The notes under the pieces were generated by a model. That model searched no databases and was not told the DNA's origin. It saw only the letters and a list, made by a program, of their open reading frames with translations. Source: Negaprion brevirostris (Eukaryota). Taken from it: a stretch of 64,000 nucleotides of DNA. This document shows positions 1 through 13,759 of the stretch, in pieces; position 1 is the first letter of the stretch, and each line of letters opens with the position of its first letter. Both the position numbers and the translations under genes were made by a program. Location of the stretch: NCBI GenBank assembly GCA_030324005.1, contig JARDVH010000132.1, forward strand, positions 67,442,803 to 67,506,802. The letters are read 5' to 3'.

Positions 1-195
1 CTTTAAGACTTGATTACCTGTAAAGACTCGCATTCCAACCATTATTTTGTAAATTGAGTTTGTGTCTTTATATGCCTTGTTTGTGAACAGAACTCCTACT
101 TACCTGGTGAAGGGGCAGCACTCCACAAGCTAGTGGCTTGTGCTACCAAGTAAACCTGTTGAACTTTAACCTGGTTTTGTGAGACTTCTTACTCT
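1..195 (+). mobile_element. Penelope-like element terminal fragment
   Basis: CCTGGTGAAGGGGCAGC..CTCC..AAGCTAGTG...TAAACCTGTTGAACTTTAACCTGG..TTGTGAGACTT, resembling a Penelope pLTR end. A related inverted copy lies at ~3286-3375. Confidence 0.6.
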
Positions 196-3134
196 GTCTC
201 TATCTCAGTTCTCTGCCTGAAAACAGTTACTAGAACTTGGAACTAGTTTCACCCAATTAGAATGTTCAAAACTTTCTTTTAGCATCCAGTGTGGAACACA
301 GTTATTTACTTAAAGATGAAGTGGGTGGGAGGAAACGTATGTAGAGAATAAATACTGGCTTGTTAAATACCAGTTTTGTGCAGTGACACTCCTGACCATT
401 GACTCTGGGTTCTGGAGTTACAGAAAAATATTAAGAAAACCCTGCAGGATTTCTATCCCACAGATTGTGTATTTTAGCTTTTAGTTGCAGTGTGCCTCAG
501 TATTTGCTTTAGTAAATTAAGACTAATACCACAGTCAAAAAAGTTTCTGATGCTATGCTGTGTGCATAAGCAGGAAAGAAAGAACACCAATAAACCATGG
601 AAACTATAATTTTCCTCCACTTGTCAGGTGTTTGACAGGAGGGTCAAAAAGAAAAAAGCAGAGCTTTTGATGAAGAGTTTTGGTGATACCAACTTGAGAA
701 TATTGTAATTCATTTCTTACAGGTTATAAAAATAGTAAAATGCTCTTGGGAGAGTTTGCATGAACTTCTCTTGACCTCCTGCTATAACTTCAGCACTAGA
801 TGGCTGGAAACATTTGAGAAATGTTTGTTTTTAATTGTTTTTAGCCATTTGCACCATTCTTTGAGTTCTATAGATCTTCTGTTGAAATTACTGTGGTAGC
901 CCCCATGGAAATTCTATGTATCTATGTTTTAATCAAATAAATTACCCGCCTGCCCAACGTCAAGACAATTCTCTCAGGTTCAGTTCACCAATTTTGAAGT
1001 AATTTGGACAGAGCAAAATTGTAGAATTGATATACATGGGTAATTTGGAACATAATGAAAATAATTTATTTGGGTTGGAAGTCCTTGTGTTATTTTAATA
1101 TGGTAAAGTAAACAACATTAAACCTCTTGCTTGAAAAATTTGCCATATGATATTTAGCATCAAACCATGAAAAGATTTGTAGCATTGATTCATCTCAGCT
1201 GAACAGTACTTGAATGAAGACTTTAGTAAAAGTGCTTGTGTGCTGTAAAATATTCCAGGGAATATGGGAAGTACTTTCTACAAATGGAGCACCTTTTGTT
1301 GAATGCAGTGAGGTGATGGAAGCAAAATTCACATCAGGCCCTGGCAAAACAGAGGTGGATGGTCCCACCGAGGAGTGGAAAATGGAATAGACACAGTTTA
1401 ATTGATGTTACACAGATTGGTCTGCAGTTAACAAGTTTATCCTCCTTTCCTTTTTATAAACAGAGTTATGACATTTGCAGCCTTCCTTGGGACTTGTTGG
1501 GATTGCTCTCTTTGACCTCTGATCTCCCATTTTGCAGTGGAAGAAGATCTTCCTGTTGCTATCTGGATGTCTCCTTTCTTTCTCCTCAAATACTTATTCA
1601 CTGTGAGTATCATTATATTTTCCTCAGTCTTCTCAATCCTTGGAGCGGTATACGCTTCTGATTTTTTAAAAACTCTATGCATGATGTGTGGGTGGAGGTA
1701 TTCATTGAGATAGACACTGCTAATATAACTTTAATAACACAGAATTTCACATATACTGATAAACCTATCCGTATAAATTAAGATGGGGTCGGGGCCTGTC
1801 CTCCAGAGTTCATTCTACCACTCTTACACTGTCAGAATGGACCTACCATGTTTTCCAGTGAAAGTACATGGAGCTAATGTGGAGAGAAGAATTTTCTATT
1901 TTTCTACCTATTTATCCTTGGGTTTCTCGTTGGGATTTTTGCATCTCCCAGGAGAATGTATGACAGTTAATGGGCAAGGAATATCTTGAATGGATGCATA
2001 AGTATTATAACTGTGGGATAGGCTAAATGGACTAGGTGCTTATTTCCTGCCCAATGTTTTCATATATTCATTTGCTTGTATGATTGGCTGAATGGATAGA
2101 CAGATGTACAAGCTTATTGGTGAATCTCATCAGTTCTGCTCATTGGAACAATATACTAGATGTCTGTAAGATGTTATAATGCCACCTGTTGAGAAGTAAA
2201 AATAACAGGTGTTATCACTATAGTGTCACCAATGATTTCAAATAATTATAAAATCATTACCAACTGAGAATATTAATAGAGTCTTAGTGAAATTCTTATG
2301 GCTTTGATCACAATTACACAATGCGAAGTATGTATCTTTGAGCTGTTGTCTTGTAGTGGGTTTGGCAAGGATTTAAACTTCAGCTCTAAGTAAGCAAACT
2401 TTTGTGACAATGTAAGATGAGATTCGTATGCTCATTAAAATTCGTTTAACATTGTTACCTGTGTATTTGCAAAAATGAGGTATCCTGTGAGTTATAATTT
2501 ACCATGACTTGCCTGATGATGTGTGCCATTCCCCATGTTAGCCTTGCAAAAGCAATAGCTCCTCATAAATTTAAACAACTGCTGCACTTGCCCATTGATT
2601 ACCAATTAAACTTGCCACAGAAAATCAAGTTAACAACACTAGCACCCTTTTTAATGATAAGAGTTATGTTGCTGCTTAGCCACTTAATAACTCTGGCCTA
2701 GAAAAGTCCAAAATTAAAATGTTTTAATTGTGGAGTCTCATTCCTACATCGAGATTTTTTGAAAAATTTTGAATTTGTTCTCTTTTTCTTCTCTCTTAAT
2801 CCAATCTTTTCTTTCTCTGTCATTATTTTCTCAATCTGTAAATCTTGATGGTTGTAGACTGCTGATCCTGACATTTACCGTGGTCCCAGATAACCCCTTG
2901 TCCTCACAGCTTGCATTTCAAGCACATTGCAATGCAGAAAACGTTCAGCTGATTGATGGGTTCTTGGGGCACATTTCAGGCTTTTGGGATATCCGAAAGT
3001 ATTTTGTGATCAATTACTTGTGAAGTAAACATTGTTACTAAGTGAGCAAATATGGCAGTAAATTGCAAGTGGCACTTATTAATTTCAATATAATTGGGCA
3101 TTACAAAACGACCACCTTATGGATTATAAAATTT

Positions 3135-4260
3135 TGACTCGTAGAATGAAACAACACAGGAGACCATTCAACCCATCAGGCCTGCGCTTGCTCTTTAAAC
3201 AAAGTCACTGCGTAAAATGTTTCCTAAAGTTGGCTCTGGTTCTTCAGCCAATCACTTTAAATTTGTGTCCCCTGGTTACCTACCCTTCTCACAACACCAG
3301 CTTAAAGTCCAACAGGTTTATTTGTAGCAAATGCCACAAGCTTTCAGAACACGCTGTCCCTTTGTCAGGTGAACTCCCACTTTCTGGTTTTGAGCGATGG
3401 TGGCCGGCAAGTCCTGCCCCATGTCTCTCCACATCACTGAAATCTCTCATCCCTCATTCCAGTCCAGTAGATCTTTTCTGCAGCTCTTCTAAGCCTGTGG
3501 CATCCTTCCAAAAGTGTGGAACTCAAAATTTGACACACTATTCCAGATCAGGCTTAACCAATGATTAATAGTTTTACCATAACTTCCTTCCTTTTGTACA
3601 GTAATAGTTTATAAATTAAGCCAAGGATCCTACATGATATTTCTGACAGATCTCTGCTTGTCCTTCCATCTGAAACAATTTGTACAAATCCATACCCAGG
3701 TATGCATGCTCTTGCATCCTCTTTAAAATTGTACAATTTTGTTCATTTTGCTTCCCTTCATTCTTCCAGTAAAATGTATCACCTCACACCTCTATGCATT
3801 AAGTTTCATCTGTCTGCCCCTATTCATCAGTTTCTGTCCTCCTGAAGACTGTCACTACCTTTTTTTTATTGCTGACATACCTGAACTTTATGCTACTTGC
3901 AAATTTTGAAAAATATGCTCTGTGTATGTACCCAAGTATACATTAATAAATATCAAAAAGAGCAATAGTTCTGTGAAACTCCACAAAATGAGTTATTTTT
4001 CTCTAATCTGAGAAATAACTGTTCACAACTACTCTGATTCCTGTCCTTTAGGTAGTTTTCCATCTATTCTGTCACTATCGTTTAATCCCATGTATTTTAG
4101 TTTTGTCAAAGTTCCTGTACCCAACATCAATTGCACCATCCTCATTAGCCCTCTCTGTTACCTCATCAAAAAAGTCAACCAAGTTAGTTAAACAAAATTT
4201 GTCATTAAAAAATCCTGTAGATTCGTATTCACAACTCCTCAGATCAGTCCTTGAACACAT
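3135..4260 (-). mobile_element. Degraded CR1-clade LINE (RT to 3' end)
   Basis: ORF 4075-4278(-) reads GFFNDKFCLTNLVDFFDEVTERANEDGAIDVGYRNFDK, matching the CR1 RT motif HGF..G.SCLTNL.EFFE.VT...D.G..VDV.Y.DF.K. Confidence 0.8.
3286..3375 (-). mobile_element. Penelope-like terminal fragment (related to 100-190)
   Basis: TCTCACAACACCAG..TAAAGTCCAACAGGTTTATTTGTAGCA...CAAGCTTTC is the reverse complement of the motif at the window start. Confidence 0.6.
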
Positions 4261-5290
4261 GCAGCAATTGAACAACACTCAGGCCAGAAATAAGTGACAA
4301 ATAGCATTTGTGTCATACAAGCACCAGACAATGACCACATCCAGAAAGACAGAGACTAAACACCATCTCTTCAGTTCAACATTCCAATCTATATAACCTT
4401 AAAGGGGAATCATAAAATAACAACATTTACCAAATGAAGAAATTACCAACAAAATTCAATTTGTCGTAGCTTTTACCTTAACGTGAATCAGAACCAATGC
4501 TGATTACGCATGCATTTATGGGCCAATGATATTTCAAATAAAAAGGTAAATTTCACTTTATATAGTAGATACAATAAAACATATACATTGCACAACCAGT
4601 TGTATTCATAATGCTCCCTAAACAAATGTGGCACTATATAGCTATACACTTCCATAATATGCTGTTCTTTATTCATGCAGAGTAGGTGTGGAGCCCTGAT
4701 CAACAACAGCTTTCACATTCAAGTATCTTGGATATGAAAAGCATCAAGTCACAATTCTATGCACCCTCTCTCTCATGGTTTATGGCAGCCCTAATGTGTA
4801 TTTTTCTAGAGTTCTTTTCAACTGGCCAACAACTAACACTCTAGTTCTCAGGTATGGTCACTTCTGGGGAAGCATACAATTCTTTAGCATCTCCAGGCAA
4901 TTCATACAGATTACCAGGCTGTAGACCGTTTTAACCAGTTCTCACAATATCTCCAAGAGCTCATGTCTCCTGTTTTTGTCAAACAGAAAAACTGACCACT
5001 TCCTGCGACTGATTTGTTTCTTCTCAAGTATTGTCCATTTCTGTCTGCCCTCTCTTTGTGACAACACATGTACACTGATCATCTTCACCATGCAGCTCCT
5101 CTGCACGTAGCTATTCTTTGTGTCTGCAGCTCTTCCTTGTGTCTGCCAGCTGCACAGCTTCTTTCTTAACCTTCTTCCTGTTGGTATTGCTTCTAGTTCA
5201 AAGGTCAGCAGATCACATGAACTATTTGATAGATTGAGGAAGACTGTTTTCTTTGGGGGGGAGAAAGAAGAAGGTCAAGAGAAGATTTAA

Positions 5291-5626
5291 GGGACGGTGT
5301 GATGGCAGTGGTTAGCACTCCTGCCTCAGTGCCAGGGACTCGGTTTCAATTCCAGCCTTGGGTGACTGTCTATGTGGAGTTGAGATGATCTCCCCATGCC
5401 TACGTGGGTTTCCTCTGGGTCTGTGGTTTCCTTCAAAGATGTGCCGATTAGATGGATTGGCAATACTAAATTGCCCCTTAGTGTAGGTTAGAGGGATTAA
5501 TGGGGTAAATGTGTGGGGTTATGGGTATAAGACGTGGGCTGGGCTTGGGTAAGGTGCTCTTTCAAAGAGTTGGTGCAGACTTGATAAGCTGAATGGCTTC
5601 CTTCTGCATTGTATGGATTCTATGGT
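5291..5626 (+). mobile_element. HE1-like V-SINE
   Basis: tRNA-like head GTGGTTAGCACT.CTGCCTCA, V-domain GGGTGACTGTCT.TGTGGAGTT...GGGTTTCCTC, LINE-derived tail GAATGGC.TCCTTCTGCA.TGTA..GATTCTATG. Confidence 0.85.
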
Positions 5627-5629
5627 TTG

Positions 5630-5975
5630 AAAGAAGCATTCTACTACAGAGTAGACAGGGAGAAACTGTTTTCACTCATGAAAGGATCAAAAATAAGAGG
5701 CCCAGATTTAAACTAATTTGCAAAAGAAGCAAAAGTGATTATGAGGAAAAAAAGTTTTCACACAGCAACTGGAATGCTCTGCCTGAGTGTGTGGTGGAGG
5801 CAGATTTGATCAAAGCATTCAAAAGGGAACGAGACCGTTATTTGAAGAGTAACAATGGGAAAGATTCCAGGGCAGGAAGTGAGAGACTGACACTAAACTG
5901 CTGATTCTGAGAGTCAGAGCAGACATAATGGGCCAAATGGCATCCTTCTGCACTGTATAAATTTTGTGATATTAT
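5630..5975 (+). mobile_element. CR1-like LINE 3' end fragment
   Basis: Decayed ORF2 C-terminus (FKLICKR...FSH..WNALPECVVEAD.IKAFKRE.DRYL) plus tail GGGCCAAATGGC.TCCTTCTGCACTGTA. Confidence 0.75.
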
Positions 5976-6104
5976 TATTCAAGAACATGACATTGATTAT
6001 TTTATGATTGATGCAAGCTCTTATTCATTCTTAAATATAATTACAGACTCCACAGACTTTTAAAAGGAATTACAAGTTGTCCTTCCTATATGCCTTTTCA
6101 TACA

Positions 6105-6590
6105 TTACCGAATCCTCCACTATCAACATCTTGGAGAGTTATCATTGATCAGAAACATTACTGAACCAAGTATCTAAATACTGTAGCTATAAGAACAAGT
6201 CAGCGGCTGAGTACTCTGCAACGAGTGATTCATCTCCAACTCTCCAAAGCCTTTCCACCATCCACAAGGCACAATTCAGGAGTGTGAAATGCTTTCCACT
6301 TGCCCTGTGAGTGGTCCAACATCAATCAAGAAGTTTGACGCTATCCAGGACAAAACTACCTGCTTGTTCAGCACACCATCCAAACAAGGAGCTATTATCA
6401 CTGTTCATTCACTGTTGCAGGGTCAAAATCCTGAAAACCTTGCCTAACTTCTAAGTGAATCTCCAAAATATGGACTGCAGCAGTTCAAGAAGATGGCTCA
6501 CTGCCATCTTCTCAAAGGTAATTGGAAATGGTCAATAAATGCTGTCTTTGTCAGGGATATCCGCATCCTGTGAACAAGTGAAAAATAAAT
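6105..6590 (+). mobile_element. LINE (CR1/L2-type) 3' end fragment
   Basis: GGACTGCAGCAGTTCAAGAAG.TGGCTCAC..CCATCTTCTCAA.GG.AATT...AATAAATGCTG tail. Same family appears inverted at ~61680-62440. Confidence 0.7.
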
Positions 6591-6789
6591 ACTAGTTCAG
6601 TTTTCCAAATCTCAATTGTGGATTATTGTCTGTTAAAGTTTCCCCACCACTGATGTAAACAGACTGGCCTGTGGCTGCCAAATGTATCTCCCCCTCCCCT
6701 TTCATAGGCTGAACTGTGACAGTTGTCATTCTCCAGTGTCGTCACCTAGACTGGAGGATTGTGGCCCCAGCCATCATAATTTCCATCCT

Positions 6790-7400
6790 TACCACTCATA
6801 AACCTATCATCATCCCATCTGAACCCATGACTTTTCTACTTTGAGGACTGCCAACCCTTTAAATATCTCATCTTTCCATATTTTTACTCTATCCCATAAT
6901 GTTAATACGTCTTGCTTTACTGCTATATTGACAATGTTTCCCTCTCCAGTGAAGAATGATGCAAAATGCCTCAGTCATGCAATTTGTCTCCAAGATAATT
7001 TCCTTTTTTTGTCCAAGCTTAGCACTTTCCTTCTTTAACTACTTTTGTAATACTTGTGCATTTGTAAAAGACTTTTAGATTTGCCTTCATGTTAACCAAT
7101 ATGGATTTCTCATCCTCTATTTGTCCTTTCTTATTTACTTTTTTACGTCCACTGCATTTTCAATATTCAGTTTGGTTCTTGACTGGATTATGAACCTTCC
7201 AATTGTTATAATCCTCTTTTTTTGGTCTCATTTTAATCGCTATATCCTTAGTAATCCAGGGAGCTTTTGTTGGTTCATTTCTTTTCTCTGCTATGGAAAT
7301 GCATTTACCTGTTACCTGAACCATAACCTCTTTCAATGTCTCCCATTGTTCAGCTAATAATTTGCCTTGCAGTTTTTCTTTCTGGTTCACCTGGGCCAGC
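6790..7400 (-). mobile_element. CR1-like LINE internal fragment
   Basis: EQWETLKEVMVQVTGKCISI...TKAPWITKDIAIKMRPKKEDY matches the CR1 ORF2 linker between endonuclease and RT. Confidence 0.65.
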
Positions 7401-7401
7401 T

Positions 7402-10400
7402 CTTTTTATTTGATATGTTTATTGAAAATGTTCTTATTTTATTCAGCAAACAAACACAGATACAGATCCACACAGTGGTCGCATGTACATTCCAATGCAA
7501 CTGGGCAGAGGGCTCCTCATGGCCAGGGGACAAGCCCCTGGTACCCCTGGCACCCATCCCAACCAAGTTCTGTCTGATTGCACTAGTAATGACAGTAATA
7601 ATATAAAAACAAAAAGGCAGAGGAATGCCGCTGGAGAACCAACTGAGTGCCCAAATAGCCCAGGCTATAAACTAGCGAACAGAAAAGTAAGAGAGACAGC
7701 GAAGGAGAGTGAAGAAAGACAGTAAGACTGAAAAGAGAAAAGTTCTCGTGTTGGTCACCACACCTCAGCAGTTTGACGGGTATACTCAGGTAAAGGGCCA
7801 GGGCGTGTCCAACAATCGGGAGTGGGAGTTCTTTGGGAGCACCAGGGGTCCTGGGGCCATTGGTTATCTACTCACCTGGTTCCAACTGCTGTGTCCCAAC
7901 ATGCACTATAAATGGTTACCAGGTTTTATAGAACCTAACAGTGGACCCATGTAGCATGCACTTCATCTTCTCCAGCTTAATGGTATCTACCATCTCCTTT
8001 ATCCACTTCGAGTGCATCAGCGGTGCACCTGATTTTCATCTGAACAGGATTAGTCGTCTTGCCATGAGTGCAGCAAAAGCTACAAAATCTGATTTGAATT
8101 TTGGCAGTGGCGGATTTAAATGTACGACCACTAACAGGAAATCCCTGGGGGAATGCACTTATGTNNNNNNNNNNNNNNNNNNNNNNNNNNNNNNNNNNNN
8201 NNNNNNNNNNNNNNNNNNNNNNNNNNNNNNNNNNNNNNNNNNNNNNNNNNNNNNNNNNNNNNNNNNNNNNNNNNNNNNNNNNNNNNNNNNNNNNNNNNNN
8301 NNNNNNNNNNNNNNNNNNNNNNNNNNNNNNNNNNNNNNNNNNNNNNNNNNNNNNNNNNNNNNNNNNNNNNNNNNNNNNNNNNNNNNNNNNNNNNNNNNNN
8401 NNNNNNNNNNNNNNNNNNNNNNNNNNNNNNNNNNNNNNNNNNNNNNNNNNNNNNNNNNNNNNNNNNNNNNNNNNNNNNNNNNNNNNNNNNNNNNNNNNNN
8501 NNNNNNNNNNNNNNNNNNNNNNNNNTTGGCAGTGGCGGATTTAAAGGTACGACCACTAACAGGACAGCCCTGGGGGAATGCACTTATGTCCTGACCTAGT
8601 GCTGTCTCAAATTTGCAAATATCTGAGAAAATGCATTGCAGGTAAAACAAACTATCCACCACCTGGAATGGTAGTATGATGCAAACACGCTGTCTACATA
8701 CACATCCCGGAATGTTCTGATCCTGTGCTTGACCCACATGTTGAAGGCACCATACAAAACATGAACATTCTGTACAAACCAGAATGACGGAGTAGAATAG
8801 CTTGATCTTGGGTTTAGACATAGCTTGGCACATCTTCGAGGGCCAAAGGGCCTGTACTGTTCTGTTCGATGTTCTGAAATAGACGGAGGAAAAAAATCGC
8901 TAGCCAATACTGGGGAGGCCAGTGACCAGGCCTGAAACCCAAAGTGGCATCTAAATTGCGTCCAAATTCTAAGAGTTGACTTAACAAATGTACTCCTAGT
9001 ATACTGGGAGGAGGGAAAATTTACTGGGGAACATTCCAAGGCAGTAGGGAAGACGGAGAACAGAAGGAGGATCCTAACTGCAGCCAAAAAGGAGTTTTCT
9101 GTTGTGTGTGTCTCTCTGTCTCTGCACCCAACACACTACCGCTCTCATATTGGCTGCCCAATAATAAAGTGGAAAACTGAGCAATCCCTTACCTTCCCCA
9201 CCCTGCACCTCCTCCCATTTAGGGCTTTGCAAGACTGTCATCTGCTTTCCTGGGTTTTTCCTATTCCAGACAAAGCTTGAAATTAGCCAATCAAGTCTGT
9301 GAAAAAGGATTTGGGAATGAACACGAGGATGCACTGAAAAAGATATAAAAACTTAGATAGTATGTTCATCTTCACCGCATTGATACGGCCCACTAACGAT
9401 AATGGAAGGATGGACCAACGTTTGAGGTCCTGTTCTGTCCACTCAATGAATGAAGCAAAGTTACCTCTAAAGACCCCACTAAATTTGCTAGTCTCTCGCA
9501 CTCCCAAGTAAGTAAACTGCCTAGTGACAAGCTTGAAAAGTTGTGGAGCAGGAGGCTATGAGCTGCTGCATTCAAAGGAAGGATCTTATTCAAGTTAAGC
9601 TTGTACCCTGAAACACAACCAAATCCCTCTAGTATAGATAAGACTTCGGGAAGCGTGTTGGATGGGTAGCCGACATACAATAGTAAGTCGTTGACATACA
9701 GCGATACTCTGCACTTGATTCCCTCCCGACCAATCCCACTACTCATTTGATGTTGCAAGCAGCAAGAAGTTCAGTAGCAATGGCAAATAACAGAGGAGAG
9801 GGGGCATCCTTTCCTAGTGCCCCGGGGCAAAGGGAAAAAGGCTGAATGCACATTGTTTGTCTGAACCGGGGCTGGAGGAGCAGAGTACTGTATTTTGATC
9901 CAGGAAATGACTTTGGGCCAAACCTGAACCTCCCAATAGCATAAAATAAACAATCCCATTCCACCTGATCAAACGCTTTTTCAGCGTCTAGCGAGATTAA
10001 TTTCTCTGGTTGCTTGGAGGTGGCAGGCACATACATAATGTTAAACAGTTGCCGAATATTCGAGTACATGTGCCTATTTTTAATGAACCCAGTGTGGTCG
10101 GGCAAGATGATAGAGGGCAGAATGTCCTCCATGCGAATGGCCAGAATTTTAGAGATCAGTTTGAGATCCACATTCAGCAATGAGATCGGTCTATAAGAGC
10201 TGCAGATTTGCAGGTCCTTATTCTTTTCAAGTATAAGAGAAATTGTTGCTTGCCTCAAAGTCTGCAAGAGAGAGCGGTTCTCATATGATTCATTCAGTAG
10301 TATGAGAGCCAACCTATCTATAAATTTTTTTTGTAGAATTAGATGAAGTATCCATCTGGTTCCGGACATTTCCCACTCGGCATAGTTGTGGGCACCTTAA

Positions 10401-11495
10401 CAATTTCTTCGATGTTGATTGGTTTCTTCAGTGCTGCGGCCTCTCAAAGTCTGCTCCACAAATTTCAGCGCTGCTGCCGGATCTGTGAACTTGTGCTCGG
10501 TTCCATTGTTGAGAGTAATCCTCAAGCAGGCTGGAAAGTGAACCCAAACCTGACCCCAGGACAGTCATGCAGAAGTCGTTTGACATCAGCGAAAGCCGCC
10601 TTTCTCTTTGCCACCATCGGGGGAATAAACTGGAAATATCAACAGCTTATTTTTCTGGTACCTCAGAGTGGTAGCCTGTGCTGCTTGCTGCAGGATTCTG
10701 TCCCGTGTTGAGGTGTAACGTACTCATGCAATAATGGGCCGAGGAGCTTCTCCCAGTCTGGGCTTTGCCCATAACACTCCGTATGCACAATCCAGAAGCA
10801 GCTCATCCTCAAGTTCCAGCACATTCTTCAATGGCTGGGTGACAAAGCCTGTGATACTTGGGCCCTCGATTCCCTCCAGAAGACCTATCAGACGGATGTT
10901 ATTTTGTTTTTGGCATCCTTCCATCTCATCACATTTCACCCTTAGGGACTAAACCTCTGACATCAAATGAGTAACTTGGCCCTTCAGCTCAGAGGTAGTG
11001 TTTCCACTAAATTGCCTCTGGGTCTTCAAGCTCCTTCAAGCAGTTCTCATGGGCAATGGTGACACCTTGGAGAGATTTAACAGATGATCCGAGCTTCTCT
11101 ATCTTGGCCTGCAACTCAGTGGCCCACCAGTCCAACTTACTGTCCAATCTTTGCGTGGCCTCCATAACAGCTTCCCCTGTCCTTTTGCTCAGCATGCTCG
11201 GTTCAGGGACTCCTCCAGAACAGTGTGGTATGGATGACCCCTACTGCCCTTGTGGACCCACTCTTCGATTTTCGTTTGCCTCCTGCCATTGTGCCAGTGC
11301 CAGCGCCTGTGGTCTTTATCCATTTCCTCCAGCCTGGAGTGCTATTTCTTGATCCACATATCAAACTGTCTCACTGTTCAACCTACCAGAGTTCTTACAT
11401 GGATTTCTTTCCACCTTACTTCACCCTTAACTGGGCAAACAAAAACAGCAAAGGATTCCCAGCTGAGCTGCAAGCTGCAACTCTTCTTCCTCACT
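7402..11495 (-). mobile_element. Near full-length decayed L1-clade LINE (ORF1 + internally deleted ORF2)
   Basis: ORF1: NNIRLIGLLEGIEG...PRLGEAPRPIIA. ORF2 RT: ATISLILEK...SYRPISLLNVDLKLISKILA, ISLDAEKAFDQVEW, RGTRKGCPLS, SLYVNDLLLY, WSILPLSLVGRINAVKMNIL. C-terminus ...WIKEMVDTIKLEKMK near 7960. A-rich tail near 7402-7445. Confidence 0.9.
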
Positions 11496-11899
11496 TTAAT
11501 TCACCCTTGGTTGGGTGAAAAAAGAAATAGCACTGTCCCCAGGTAAATCTGACAGTTGCAGTTTTTATCTCAGAAATTCTTTCCTGGGCTGCTTCCCCAC
11601 CCTAAACCAATTCACACTTAATTGAGTGAAAAAACTACAAGATGGTTCTAGGCTGAACTGCAAGTTCCAACAAGCCCTCATTGAGCTCTAGCTGCCAAAA
11701 AAAAATCCACAAGTAGAAATAGCAGCTTGCAATTTGCAAAATAACCTCAGAGGCTCTTGCTTCCGACTTGAATTCACCTTTTCTTGGGTGAAAAAACAAC
11801 AGAGTTTGCAGACAGACCTGCAATTCACAGCCCCTCCCCTGCTGAGCACACACAGTAAATTGTAACTGGCAGGAAGAAGACTAAAATTAGCCCTTTACA

Positions 11900-12540
11900 G
11901 TTAGACTTTTGAAGTTCTTTCTGGGCAACTGCACTCCAGGTATGTTTAAAGTTTGCTTGATGTACATTAATCTCTCTCCAGACCTCAACAAACAGATGTC
12001 AAGAAGGATCTTGCCACCTGTGGATTATGCTTCCTCTCACACCAGTGTCATCTTTGATTTCCCCCAAGTCCTTTTTATATCATTAAAGTTAGTTCTCCTC
12101 CAGTTAAGTATTTCTATTCAGGATTGTTCCTTGTCCTTTTCCAGAATGATTCTATACCTGATCACCTTTATTAAATAATTTCTATTTGAAATATACTCTT
12201 CTTACCCCCCCAACCCCATGTCATCATTTAGAACTAGATCCAGCACTCTTCCGTCCTAATTGGACTGGAAGTACATAGATCAGGAGAGTTTCTTTACATT
12301 CAATTCCTTTGCCTCCTTCCTCTTTACATGATTAGTCAACTTTAGAATTACTGAAGTCCTCTATTATCACTATTCTGCAGTTCTTGCATCATTCTATGTC
12401 TTTTTCTACAAATGAGCTCTACTGTCTCCTTCCCACTATTGGTGGTCTATGGTATACTCCTGGTAGTATAATAGCTCCTTTATTGTTTTTTAATTCAGAC
12501 CAAATATATTCTTTCTTTGACCCCTCACCTATATCATTCA
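11900..12540 (-). mobile_element. CR1-like LINE endonuclease-region fragment
   Basis: Reverse strand shows decayed CR1 EN motifs (GVYHRPPIVG near 12440-12465). Confidence 0.5.
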
Positions 12541-12542
12541 TT

Positions 12543-12885
12543 TGGGTAGCACAGTGGTTAGCACTGCTGCTTCACAGCACCAGGGACTCAAGTTCATTTC
12601 CTTGGGTGACTGTCTGTGTGGGCTTTGCACATTCTCCCCTTGTCTGTGTAGATTTCCTTTTGGGTGCTCTGATTTTCTCCCACAGTCCAAAGATGTGCTG
12701 GTTAGATGGATTGGCCATGCTAAATTGCTCCTTCGTGTCCACAGATGTGTAGGTTAGATGAATTAGACATGATAAATGTGAGGTTGCTTGGATAGGGCAA
12801 GAGAGAGGCTTTAGGTAAAATACTCTGTTAGAGAGCCAGTGCAGATGTGATAGGCTGAATGGCCTCTTCTGTACTTTTCTATCTC
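12543..12885 (+). mobile_element. HE1-like V-SINE
   Basis: GGTAGCACAGTGGTTAGCACTGCTGCTTCACAGC...GGGTGACTGTCTGTGTGG..TTTGCACATTCTCCCC...GATTGGCCATGCTAAATTG...GAATGGCCTCTTCTGTAC. Confidence 0.88.
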
Positions 12886-13759
12886 CAACATGTATTTGAT
12901 TAATACAGTTACTCTCCATTTTTCCTTCTGCATCATTCCTGAATATCTTGTAGCCATGAATATCAATTTCTCTATTCTAATTTTCTTTGAGGAAGATTTG
13001 ATTTTGTTTGATTTATTATTGTCACATGTATTAGCATACAGTGCAAAGTATTCAGTACATATTCTTTCTCTTCCCAAATGCTTCCCCGGTGCCTATTCCG
13101 CTGCTAATGTCGATTGACATCCATCAATTATACATCACAAGAACATAGGAACCTAAGGATTAGGAGTAGAATAGGCAAATTGAACCTTTGAATCTGCTCT
13201 GCCATTCAATCAGATCATGGCTGATCTCTTCCTGGTCTCATCCATCTCCTATTCCCCATTTTCCCTTATCCTTTTAATTGCTCAGATCTGACAGAAACAT
13301 TACAAGAATATGAAATTGCAGGAGGAAGGAAAGGCCATGAGGGGAGGTTGTGGAAAGAGATTTTTTTGAGGGGAAGGTGGAGGGGGTGGGCTGAGTGTGG
13401 GGAAGTGGTGGATGATAGCTCTCCTATTCCCTCTGCCTAGAGGCAATGCTGGGAAGGTGCAACCAGCAGATTCTGCCTCCAGTTTTTTAAATTCATTTGT
13501 GGGACCTGGGCGTTGCTGGCTGGTCAGCATCTATTACCTATCCCTCGTTGCCTGAGGGCAGTTGAGAGTCATAAGATTGGGTAAGGCAGTCTGCAAACAT
13601 TAACTTTAAATTCAATAACAAAATGTGAGGCACGCTGCCTCGTTTAATTAGAATAATCATATCACTGTCTCTTTCTTGAAACCATTAAAAGATTCAGACT
13701 CCACTGCGCTATGGGGCAGAGAGTTCCACACATTCACCGCCCTCTGCCAGAAGTGGAGT

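Noticed and set aside
5291-5360. tRNA-like A/B boxes here and at other SINE heads
   Set aside because: These are SINE heads with no intact cloverleaf, so they were not called as tRNA genes.
8101-8590. 64-bp direct repeat on both sides of an N-gap
   Set aside because: The copies abut the gap exactly and differ at only ~3 bases. This is most simply unmerged overlapping contig ends or haplotypes, not a biological repeat.
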